From Octopus sinensis (taxonomy: Eukaryota): DNA of 64,000 nucleotides. A program made the translations under genes and the position numbers. The notes under the pieces were generated by a model that was given only the letters and a program-made list of their open reading frames with translations, did not search any database and was not told the DNA's origin. The DNA is taken from assembly GCF_006345805.1 (NCBI RefSeq), contig NC_042999.1, positions 149,978,001 through 150,042,000 on the forward strand, written 5' to 3'. How positions within the stretch are numbered: position 1 is the first letter of the stretch; each line of letters begins with the position of its first letter. Shown one piece after another: positions 1 to 12,123 of this stretch.

Positions 1-444
1 GTCGCTGACCGGTCCTAAATTCTGTGTCCCATTGTCTTAGGATTTGTTGTTTTCTAATCCCTTAGAATGCCATTTAAGCGCTACCCACCATTTTTGTCTT
101 CTTGGCCCTGAGGCTATATTTTGCTCGTTTCGTATTTATTTCGTCTTTGTCCATCCACTTAAATTACATTTATTCACTTTTGTATATCCACTCTGTACTG
201 TTTTATTTGCTTTCGGCTCTATAGCCTCCGCAACTTTCGCGGGCACCTCCAGCATAGGAAGTTCTCAGTCTTATCATTAATGGTGCGAAACTGAGTAATA
301 CCATCTGGTTCATAACTGATGAATAATTAGGGACCTTCTGTGTCTGTCTCCCGTCCAGTTGTACACTCAGTATACGTTATTCGGTTTTACCTGTCGTTTG
401 TTTATTTACAATACATCTTTTCATTTATTATAATACTCATATAT

Positions 445-580
445 TGGCTTCAAATTTTGGCACAAGGCCAGCAAGTTCTGGAAGGGGTGAGTCGATGAGA
501 CTGACCCCATTGCTCAACTGGTGCTTATATTATCGATCCCAAAAAGATGAAGTACAAAGTCAATCCCGGAGAAGACGGAC
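445..580 (-). mobile_element. Degenerate partial SINE family A copy
   Basis: Diverged match to family A body and short tail (ggcacaaggcc...gtcgat...gatgaagtacaaagtc). Confidence 0.6.
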
Positions 581-586
581 GAAGGT

Positions 587-1062
587 TATTTCTTTATTGC
601 CCACAAGGGGCTAAACATAGAGGGGGACAAACAAGGACAGACAAAGGGATTAAGTCGATTACATCGATTCCAGTGCGTAATTGGTACTTAATTTATCGAC
701 TCCGAAAGGATGACAGGCAAAGTCGACCTCGGTGGAATTTGAACTCAGAACATAGCAGCAGACGAAATACCTATTTCTTTACCACCCACAAGACGCTAAA
801 CACAGAGAGGACAAACAAGAACAGACAAACGGATTAAGTCGATTACATCGACCCCAGTGCGTAAGTGGTACTTAATTTATCGACCCCGAAAGGATGAAAG
901 GCAAAGTCGACCTCCGCGGAATTTGAACTCAGAATGCAGCGGCGGACGAAATACCACAAAGCATTTCACCCGGCGTGCTAACGATTCTGCCAGCTCGCCG
1001 ACGGACGATGGTTCTGTTAGGCATTTTACCCAGCATGCTAACGATTCTAGCAGCTCGCCACC
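587..1062 (-). mobile_element. tRNA-derived SINE family A, dimeric copy with extra head duplication
   Basis: Minus strand shows head GGCGAGCTGGCAGAATCGTTAG (A box) and GAGTTCAAATTCC (B box). Body and long tail occur twice, joined at TAAAGAAATAGGTATTTCGTC. Confidence 0.9.
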
Positions 1063-1579
1063 TTCATTATAATACTTATATAATTAACCTCCAAAAAGTC
1101 ATTATCAGGGTTAAAATTTGCATAGAACATTGTGTTTATCAATGAGAAGAACCAAGACTGATGATGTGTCAATTGTGCAATATATTTTCATATATAAGCC
1201 CGTTCCTTCTTCAGTAATTTGCATGAAAATATGATACGGGAGGTATTTAATTCACATAAATGTCTAAAAAAAGAATCACAGACTGGTTGGGATAATATGA
1301 GAAAATGTAGTTGATAAACCACTGCATAAAATTAGCAGCTATTTGACAAAAATAACCTATTTATTTATTTATTTATTTGTTTCCTTATTTGCTTGTAAAC
1401 CGTTTATTAGTGAAAGGAAGTACAGAGCTATTATAAAATGCTGTGAAAGCGTTCCGTTTTTTTAAATTTTTTTTTTATTTTGATACGCTCAAACAGTGAG
1501 TCTAGGAGGAAGGCGAGACGTTATAAGAAAAAATAGGAAGGACACATTGCCTAATGTGCTCTTCGATTCATTTTTCTCT

Positions 1580-1737
1580 GGGCGTGGTAGAGTGTGTAAG
1601 AAGCTTGCTTCACAACCACGTGGTCTCGGATTTAGTCCCACTGCGTGGCACTTTGGGCATATATCTTCGGCTATAACCTCGGGCGACCAAAGAATTGTGA
1701 GTGAATTTGGTAGACACAAACTGAAGGAAGGCTGTCG

Positions 1738-1768
<31 letters not shown>

Positions 1769-1784
1769 ATGCGTGCGTGCGTGC

Positions 1785-1821
<37 letters not shown>

Positions 1822-2038
1822 TTTGTGCCTGTGTTTGTCCCCCCCACCACCACTCGACAACCGGTGTTGGCGTGTTTACGTCCCTGTAAATACGCGTTTC
1901 GGCTGTAGAGGTCAATAGAATAAGTACTAAGCTTTAGAAATATAAGCCCTGGAGTCAATTTGTTCGAATAAAACCCTTAAATGGAGTGCCCCAGCATGGC
2001 CACAGTCAAATGACTGAAACAAGTAAAAAATAAAAGAT
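1580..2038 (+). mobile_element. tRNA-derived SINE family B (CORE-like) with internal (GCGT)n/(GT)n microsatellite
   Basis: Head, CCTTGGGCAAG-like core variant, internal microsatellite and tail CCAGCATGGCCACAGTCAAATGACTGAAACAAGTAAAA, matching the other B copies. Confidence 0.85.
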
Positions 2039-2529
2039 GAGAACGAAAAGGGGGCAATTTATGAGAGAATCGGTTGGTTTTTCTCGCAGATCGAAAACGA
2101 AGAGGTTTCCTTATCGTCTCGCAACTTCCGCTTAGTTGCATATTAGCTTGGGCTGCAGTGTGACAAAGTGGACACGTTGCTTTCACTTTCCGCTCTACTA
2201 ATTGATACGATATATCTGTCTATTGGTTGGTTCTGCACTTGATGTCATTTTTATGATGACAATCTTAATTGGCAGTAACAGTCGTTCATAAATTTATTTC
2301 CTCGAGAAACCCTTATATGATTTTCCGAAAAATCAAACTACCTATCCATACCTATATTTTTTACGTTCAATCCTCCCAAGCCTAGTTTTAACAACATTGT
2401 ATGCATGTGAATATATAGAATGTATGTATGTATGTATGTATGTATGTATGTATGTATGTATGAATGTATGTATGTATGTATGTATGTATGTATGTATGTA
2501 TGTATGTATGCATGTATGTATATAAAAAA

Positions 2530-2990
2530 TTACAAAATGGGACAAGAAAGCAAAACATCCAGACAGTTTGATGATACAAAAAAGGGACAACAAAACATCC
2601 AGATGGACGATACAAAGAAAACAAGGACGGATCATTCGGAGCTTTCTTTTCACAGTCGAGTTCCAGATTATCTTTGCAACTTCGGCTGGTTATACTCGAG
2701 ATTGCTCCAATCTGTCCAGCCCCAAGGAAAAACTAAGCTAAGAGCGTTAGATTCCTTGGAAGAAAGGAGCGAATGTATACGAAAACAAGGACGGAGAAAA
2801 ACGGAGAATGTTACACAAATACAAATAACAGGACATAACAACAGGTGTCTTTCGACTAAGGACGAATTAAATTAAGCTGGCGTGTGTGGAAATAAAGCCT
2901 TACGGCAGAGATACAGGATTTCCCAGGCACAGGGAGGAATATGGATGTTGCATGGATGGCGGCCGTGCAGATTTGCATTTTTATGTGTTC
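2530..2990. repeat. Probable interspersed-repeat terminus (possibly Penelope-like), flanked by microsatellites
   Basis: Non-coding block between (TATG)n and (TA)n, with an internal direct repeat (aaaacatccaga twice). Class assignment is inference only. Confidence 0.3.
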
Positions 2991-3011
2991 CATGCATATA
3001 TTGCATATCTA

Positions 3012-3091
<80 letters not shown>

Positions 3092-3110
3092 TGTATATAT
3101 ATCTATATTT

Positions 3111-3680
3111 TTAACTGATGAGCTTCTGGAAAGTTTTACACAGTTTTACAGTTCCAGTCATGGTTTGAATCTGTAGTCTTCAAATTAGCTTTCTCCTTTC
3201 TGGTTTTGAGAAGCCTAATTTCTCAAGATTGGTATTTAGGCAGTGTGTTACATATCTCAGTGCCCCAATAATTACAGGTAGAAACCTGAACTTGTAATCT
3301 GGATAGAGTAACTGCAGATTTTTCAATAGTTCAGCATATATGTTCTCTTTTTCACTTATCTTCAGCTTTATGTTAACATCTGCTGGACAGCTAATTTCCA
3401 CAACTGTGCAGTTTCTCTTCTGTATCCCAAATCATTATATCAGGTCTTTTGTGCTTACATTTTATTGAGGTTTTCATTGGTACAGTCCACGAGTATTCCT
3501 TTTTATTATAAATGGTTATGGATTCTACTATATTGTGGGTCCTTATTTCTTTGTGCTCGGGACTATCTCTCCGACGGATGTCGTTATAGAGTATCCTAGC
3601 TACAACGTCATGTCTCATCAGCAGATGATACATTTTCGGACAACTGCCACATAACACACCGCACAATAGGCTAGTTAAAG
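3111..3680 (-). mobile_element. 3' fragment of an R4/Dong-like non-LTR retrotransposon (restriction-like endonuclease domain), frameshifted
   Basis: Joined frames give CPKMYHLLMRHDVVARILY (end of zinc knuckle plus RHD), KHKRPDIMIWD, EISCPAD, FLPVIIGAL and C-terminus QIQTMTGTVKLCKTFQKLIS*. Confidence 0.85.
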
Positions 3681-4028
3681 AAAGAAAATTAATTAAAACT
3701 TTCGGTTAACTGCTTACAAGATCCACAATATTTTTAATTTACTCATATCGTACAAAAAAAAAAAAAATTGTCGCGAAAAGTCACATAAAAAAATCGCCGA
3801 AAGCAATCACAGTAATGAAAACATGGTAATCCAAAATTTCAAGATTGTGGGTCCGGATTCGACCCGGAATGTTTTCAATTTACTCACGGAGTCCAAAATG
3901 GTATGATATGGGAGTAAAGTTGAAAAAGTGTGACACACTGACACATTGATATTCACATTTATTATATTATATTATATTATATTATATTATATTATATTAT
4001 ATTATATTATATTATTATATTTTATTGC

Positions 4029-4235
4029 AGCGTCGAGCTGGCAGAACCGTTGGCACGCCGGGTAAAATGCTTAGCGGTATATTTCGTCTGTCGTTAGGTT
4101 TTGAGTTCCGCCGAGGTCAACTTTGCCTTTCATCCTTTCGGGGTCGATAGTACCAGTTACGTATTGGTGTCGATGTAATCGACTTAATTCCATCCCCCAA
4201 AATTTGAGGCCTTGTGCTTCCAGTAGAAAGGATTT
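4029..4235 (+). mobile_element. SINE family A, short-tail variant
   Basis: GAGCTGGCAGAACCGTTGG A box, GAGTTCCGCC B-box remnant, tail aatttgaggccttgtgcttccagtagaaagg. Confidence 0.85.
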
Positions 4236-4386
4236 GTTAAAGTTGAAAAAAGCGTGACACACTGACATTTAAATTTATTGTATTAGATATGTTTAATTTC
4301 GGGGAAACTTTATTTCAATAAAATGTATTTTATATATGTGTGAATGTATATATGTATGTGTATATATATATGTATATATATTTTAT

Positions 4387-4492
4387 TTTATAGAAGGAGC
4401 TTCTACAGGACTAGTACTGTTTTATTCAAATGAAATTCCATGATTTCATTTGAATGAAACAGTACTAGTCCTGTAGAAGCTCCTTCTATAAA
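4387..4492. repeat. Near-perfect inverted repeat (50-bp arms, 6-nt loop)
   Basis: 4387-4436 is the reverse complement of 4443-4492 with one mismatch; loop TCCATG. Confidence 0.95.
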
Positions 4493-4596
4493 TAAATTAA
4501 TTTACTCTGCTATGTATTGAGTACCTTATTTACTGTGGTTAACCCCGACTCAACCCGGGACCTACATATATATGTCTATATTATACATTACATATA

Positions 4597-4667
<71 letters not shown>

Positions 4668-4708
4668 ATATTATATAATATATATATATTATATATGCAT
4701 TATATATG

Positions 4709-4741
<33 letters not shown>

Positions 4742-5016
4742 TGTATATATATGCATATATATATATATATTATATATATCTATATATATATTATATATAG
4801 ATATATATATATATATAAGAGATATATATCTGGTATGTATGTGTGTGTGTGGTGTGTGGTGTGTATATGTATGTTATCTAATGTATGGCGGTATCTAAAG
4901 AAAGTAAAAAATAAAACAAAAATGATAGTGTTCAGTATGTTGGCCACAGAATTTCTGTCAAGGAGACAAGGTTAAACAAAGTTGTGCATCATTTCCCTCT
5001 TTCTCTCAAATATCCA

Positions 5017-5072
<56 letters not shown>

Positions 5073-5349
5073 GTCTTCGCCATTGCCCTCACCTACTATT
5101 ACACTCACCCCATCATGAGGAATAATAGGAGTGTCATTGAATAGTGAGTGGGGTGTCTAAAGTGTAACCTCTGACACACCAGAAATTAGTTTTCGCTTTA
5201 GTATATTATATACAACACACAACACACACACAACAACACACAAACACACAACAGGCACCCCACACACACACAGCATATCATATATTTATATATATATTGT
5301 AATATTTTACATAATTCATCTGGTTCTCAATGCCCATTATTGGTCCTTA

Positions 5350-6600
5350 CCTATAATATCGTTTTTTAAAATATTCTTTTGCTTTTTAAAATCAAGACAA
5401 AGTTCTTTTTTAATCCCCATCATTTTCTGCAATGCTCTTCCGTCTATCTGATAGACTTGCAAGGCCTCTCTTCCAAAATTCACTTGTCCGTGACGGAAAA
5501 TACTCCTCCAGTACTGTTCTGACCTCGTCTTAAGAATTCATATTTTTGAAGCCCAAACGATAAAGAAGACTGTGGAATAAAGGATAATCAGATGGGGCAT
5601 TGTCAAACGAATATGGTACGTGGGGTATCGTTTCCCATTCAAACTGTTCCGCCTTTGGAATGTCATTCTCGCTGTATGTGGCCGAGCATTATCCTGATGG
5701 AAGAACACCTTTCGTCTTGGAACCAAAGATGGTTGTTTCTCTTAAGCTGCTCAAGCTGCTCGCAGTAGATCTCCTTTGTTATCGTTTGGTTTGGGTTTAA
5801 AAGTACAAAGTGGACTAAACCTTTAATATCCCATGAAACAGATAACAACATCTTATTGGGTGTAGACCTTCTTTAACCTGGAGTGCTGGTGTTTCTCCTT
5901 TCCCTATCCACGGTTTTCGGCGCTTGACATTTTTATAGAGAACCCATTTCTTGTCACTAGTCACTATTCGGTCCAAAAAGGTTCATTCGTGATACGTGAC
6001 GGCAAAGAAGCGCGTACATTCACTCTTTGCGCGCCATTAGACTCGGAAAGTTTGTGAGGAACCCATTGACCCAATTTTCTGACTTTTCCAATGGCACGCA
6101 GGTGTCGATCACTGGTTGAATGACCAAATCCACGCTTCTCTGCTAGTTCCTCAACAGTTACGATAGGATTTTGTTCCATCAGGTTTTGCAAGACGTCCTC
6201 GTCGAGCTCTGAAGATCTTCCAGGACGAGGCTCGTCTTCTAGGCTGTAGTTTCCGGCTCGGAATTTCTGGAACCACCGACGACACTGGCTTACACTTATC
6301 CCCAAATACTGTATTAATATTCCTCGCACTTTCCGTCGTGTTGTTGCCTTTATTGAACTCATAAAGCAAAATATGCCGAATATACTCCTTTGTTACGTCC
6401 ATTATAGCTTCGAAAAAGTATCCATCAAAATCGAACTGCACTCTTCAAAACTTACTCTAAGAATAAATGCAATTTAATAATTACTATAATTACTACCTGC
6501 TTTTATAGCAGGTTGATGCAGGTAGTTTATCCTGTCCTTCTCCGATTTTTAGTTCACGCAATTGAAAAAAACCGTATTATTTATTGGCTGACTCAATATA
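5350..6600 (-). mobile_element. Mariner (Tc1/mariner, DD34D type) DNA transposon, decayed
   Basis: Transposase remnants in several frames. Mariner-like TIR aaaaaccgtattatttattggctgactcaatata at about 6567-6600; only a degenerate match to the other TIR near 5350-5370. Confidence 0.9.
5410..6402 (-). pseudogene. Mariner transposase pseudogene
   Basis: MDVTKEYIRHILLYEF...WFQKFRAGNYSLEDEPRPGR (HTH), WVPHKL, VTSDEKW, HQDNARPH, YSPDNAPSDY; multiple frameshifts and stops. Confidence 0.92.
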
Positions 6601-6831
6601 TATTTCTTTACTACCCACAAGGGGCTAAACACAGAGGGGACAAACAAGGACAGACAAACGGATTAAGTCGATTATATCGACCCCAGTGCGTAACTGGTCC
6701 TTAATTTATCGACCCCGAAAGGATGAAAGGCAAAGTCGACCTCGGCGGAATTTGAACCCAGAACGTAACGGCAGACGAAATACGGCTACGCAATTCGCCC
6801 GGCGTGCTAACGATTCTGCCAGCTCGCCGCC
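6601..6831 (-). mobile_element. SINE family A, long-tail copy with 17-bp TSD
   Basis: Full head to tail; TTGGCTGACTCAATATA is present at both 6584-6600 and 6832-6848. Confidence 0.93.
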
Positions 6832-7569
6832 TTGGCTGACTCAATATAATAGAAAAAACAGCAGAAGCAAGCAGCTTCCGGCACGCGAACCTTCATTCCA
6901 TATATATGTGTGTACGTACTCAACCTGATAGAATTAACAGTCCATCTTCCTCAAACCAGACCCTACTGTCTTTTAAAAAAAAAGGACAAACTCAAAAATT
7001 CAGTTCTGGTTAAAGTTTGCAACAAATAAAAATCATAACACTCGTTAAAAATTATGAAGACGCATGATGATACTATTAGGCTTCCGTAGTTTTCATTGAC
7101 TATCAATGTTATCAAACATTCTAAGCCAACGAAAACAAGCAACAGTTTACGTTCAACAGAATAGCCGAATCCAATGAGACATCAGGTAGCTACTTTCTGT
7201 AGAAAGAAACATATGTCACGCTCCGGTATAAGCTACTAACACCGGTTAAACAGTTGAACAGTGCGCCCGCTGTTATAAAGTAGAGCAGCACGTGTTTTCA
7301 GGGCCAAAATTAACAATGGAATTTTGAGGTGACAATTAGCGAAACATTTTGATTTTAATTACAGAACATATAGATTGAAAATAGAGAGTAATTTACTGAC
7401 AATTAACCGAAGAAGAGTGTTTTTTTTTCATGGCTAATGAATCTAAGTTAGGAAGGTTAGAAATATATAATTTAATAATAGGTTTTTTGTGTTTATCAAA
7501 CATATATAAAATACTATATTTATACATTTAATTACGACGTACGTAATTAATGCTAAGGGTGCGCGCGCG

Positions 7570-8020
7570 AGTACGTGCGTGCGTGCGTGCGTGCGTGCGT
7601 GCATGCGTGCGTGTGTGTGTGTTCGTGTTGTAAATCGGAGTGGGAAAACAAGAGAGGCTGGGCAGTGATTAAAACAAACGTGACCGCGAAAATCCAAATA
7701 TATATGTATTTATATAAACTTGTATGTATGTCTGCATGCATGAATGTATGCATGTTTGTATGTATATACACATACATAGACATAAATATATTATACTGTG
7801 TGTGTGTGTGTGTGTAGATACAGATTTATATCTATGGATTATATAGCATGCATATATTTATGTATATATCTATACATATATGTATCTATAAATATGCATA
7901 TAAATATATTTATGCATATATGTGTATATGTATTTATATTGGCGCATAGGTGTGTATATTGGTATACCTATATATGTATGCATGTATAAATATCGTATGT
8001 TATATTATTATATATATATG

Positions 8021-8092
<72 letters not shown>

Positions 8093-8197
8093 TAAAGATA
8101 ATCCAAACAAGAAACAAAAAACACAACAACGCAAGGACGTGGAACAATAAAGTATTATTGGACGATCAGAAAAGAAGGGAAGAAGGAAAGAATAATA

Positions 8198-8281
<84 letters not shown>

Positions 8282-8956
8282 ATAAACATGTGTTTCTGAG
8301 TATTTATATATGTGTGTGCTATAATACATGTGAAGTATGTCATGTATATATAGCACACATATTTCATATACATGTATAAAAATATATATGTATTATATAT
8401 ATATATATATATATTAATATATAAAGCATGTATATAAATATAATGTACACATACACACGTATATATTTGTGCACGCGTACATACATACATACATACGTAC
8501 AAACATACATACATACATACATACATAAATACATACATACATACATACATACATACATACATACATACATACATACATACATACATACATTCATTCATAA
8601 ATACGTATTCTGGGTGTGGCATAAGGGCCGTGCTAAGTGCGCGTTGCTGCCAATGACAGTAAATTGTCTTCATTAATAATTCTATTCTTGCTGTATCCGA
8701 GCGTAATCCGCTTATATATATATCTAACAACACAATCAGAAATAAAGATGAAGTCGCGCTTGAACTCGTTGCTGTTGTATAATGTACAGAAATAGTGTAC
8801 GTCTGTATTTCTGTTCTTGAAGAAAAGGTTATGCAGAGTAGTAAGTAGCAGTAAACACTGTGACAAGACGCTTCGCATGATAGTCATACGCAACGCCATG
8901 TGTCTGCTTATCAATATATCTATCTGTTATCTGTCTGTCTACCTATACATGCATAC

Positions 8957-9009
<53 letters not shown>

Positions 9010-9622
9010 CATGCATGCATGTATGTATATATATATCTATATGTATAGTGTATATATATATATATATAGCCCCATGGGCGACAAGTCAAACACTAAAACC
9101 AAGCATATGTATGTATGTATGTATGATGTATGTATGTATGGATGTATGTATGTATGTAGGTGCATGCATGTATGATGTATGTATGTATGTATGTATGTAT
9201 GTATGTATGTAGTATGTAGGTATTATGTATGGTTTATGTATGCATATGCATGTATACATGTATGTATGTATGTATGTATTTAGGTATATATGTCGCATGT
9301 ATGTTATGTATGCTGTATGTATGTATGTATGTATGTATGTATGTATGTATGTATGTATGCATGCGTGTATGCACACACACACATACCACACACACATACA
9401 TATCGTCTGTAAAAAAACATGAATCCGAAAGAAGCACACTCTAAAATACAGATCAGCAAAAATAAAAAATGGTGAAGGCCAGTTTATGGGATTACTTCCT
9501 CCTCCATAGTCTTAAGAGGTCTTGGCCAAACAGGTTTTGTGATCTGATGATACGCCACAAAGCTAAAACCCTTTATAGACGGGAAACCTAAACTAATCTC
9601 ATAAACCCGCATTCCCCATATA

Positions 9623-9658
<36 letters not shown>

Positions 9659-9661
9659 TGG

Positions 9662-9700
<39 letters not shown>

Positions 9701-9838
9701 GTATCTGTATGTATGTATGATGATTGTATATATATATATATATATATAATATATATATATTATGTATGTATGTATGGTGTATTGTATATATATGTATGTA
9801 TGGTAGTATATATATAATATATATATTATATTATATAA

Positions 9839-9876
<38 letters not shown>

Positions 9877-10735
9877 CATATATATATATATATATTGTAT
9901 CTTATATATACACGCATATGCGAGTGTCTGCGAGTGAAGAGAGAGAGAGAGTGGGGGGAGAAAGAGAATCGCCTAAAAGAGCACATGTTTGGAAATATCC
10001 ACATTGTATGGTGACTTTGGCACACGCCCAAATGCACAAACATGAATTTAAAGGTGAAACACGACTCGTGTATGTGTGTGTTGTGTGCGTGCGCGCGCGT
10101 ATGTGCGCGTGTGCGTGTGGGTGACGAGGACTTTTGATAGAGGAAAAAGTATTTGTATTTTTGATAAGATGGAATGCATTTTGTGTATTCTGTATTTGCA
10201 ATGACATTTATGGAATCTAACATTAGATTCTCCATACTCTCTCCCCATATATATGCATATGTGTATGTATGTATGCATGTATGTATGTATGTATGTATGT
10301 ATGTATGTATGTATGTATGTATGTATGTACGTACGTATATTTGTATATATGTATGCATGTATGTATGTATGCATACATGCATGCATGTATGCATGTATAT
10401 ATGTATGTATGTACGTACGTATGTCTGTATATATGTATGCATGTATGTATGCATACATGCATGCATGCATGTATGTATGTATGTATGTATGTATGTATGT
10501 ACGTACCTATGTCTGTATATATGTATGCATGTATACATGCATGCATGTATACATGTATGTATGTATGTATGTATGTATGTATGTATGTATGTATGTATGT
10601 ATGTATGTCTGTATATATGTATGCATGTATACATGCATGTATGTATGCATACATGTATGCATACAAGCATGTATGTATGTATGTATGTATGTATGTATGT
10701 ATGTATGCATGTATGCATGTATGTATACGTGCCAA
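7570..10735. repeat. Cluster of compound microsatellites (GCGT, GT, TA, TACA/TATG)
   Basis: Direct reading; short unique islands are interspersed. Confidence 0.95.
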
Positions 10736-11332
10736 TTAAAACTGATTTGTCTGCAAACCCCTGACAGGGCATGACGTCACTGGTGTAACAAACATGCTCG
10801 TCACTGAAATCAAAAAATATAATAAGCTAAGCAAAAACTTTTTATTTAAATGAAAAGAGCAGACACATCGGTTTGTTGCTACTGGGTATAGGCCCGGATT
10901 TGATGAAACCCAACTAGGTCATCAGGAACATCATACATGAACATCATACAGGAACATCATATATGATGCATCCCAGAGAATTCGTCAGTTATTTTTGGGA
11001 ATCATAAATTCAAATTTCTGTCATTAAACTGAAGACATATTATTGGGGTATCACCTTCACGGGTTTAGTTGATAAGTATCGCAGTGTGTGTGTATGTATG
11101 TGTGTGTATATAGATACTTTGTTTCAGTCATTTGACTGCGGCTGTATTATATAAGTATGAATATACGATCACACACAGACACACACACACATACATACAC
11201 GTATACATAGGTAAAAACATAGCATCCGGGTATCAATTATTCATTGGAAAGTATGTCTACTTACAACCAGTTTCATATACATTCGATTTATACATATAAA
11301 TACTGTCATAACACACAAATACATGCACAAAC

Positions 11333-11383
<51 letters not shown>

Positions 11384-11496
11384 ATATAAGTTCAGCAACA
11401 ATTTAGATTCAAATGAATATGGTACTTAATTTAGATGCACCAGAATTTTGTATGGTGTTATCCATAAAATTTTGCGGGGTGATTATTTTTGTATAT

Positions 11497-11551
<55 letters not shown>

Positions 11552-11744
11552 TATGGTACTTGTTTATCTGTGTATGTGTTGCATATTCCTGTATATATAA
11601 GTACATAAAGAATAAATACATAGTGCATGTTAAACAGAATTTTTAATACAATATCGAATTTTGCATTAAATCATTTTTTAACGACGAATTTTCTTTCTCA
11701 CATTTTCTCTTTTATCATGTCTGTTGAATAACAAAAGACACGTG

Positions 11745-11819
<75 letters not shown>

Positions 11820-12092
11820 GTGTCTACATGGAACCTTAGACTGTAAACATGATGGTAGTATTTTTTTCATTTCGTATGTACGTATGTTCTGCACATGAGT
11901 ATGTATATATATATAGAATGTCCTTGTGTCCTTGTTTGTTTATATACTCTGCTGCATACTGTTTATGTTGGTGTGTCAAACGGGTATATAAATATGCAGA
12001 CTGGTGTATTTAACTCTTGGAACTATTTATAGCTATATGTATGAAAATATAGACATGCATGCATGTATGTATGTATGCACATATGTATGCAC

Positions 12093-12123
<31 letters not shown>

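Noticed and set aside
1-280. Short similarity (GTSSIGSSQ) between ORF 44-280 and 22690-22725
   Set aside because: Only about 25 nt, and the surrounding RTE motifs seen at 22385-22745 are absent here; cannot be assigned.
2076-2147. Acceptor-like tttttctcgcag followed by a short frame (similar cases at 22205 and 44781)
   Set aside because: Frames close quickly or lack a good donor, and there is no recognisable protein similarity.
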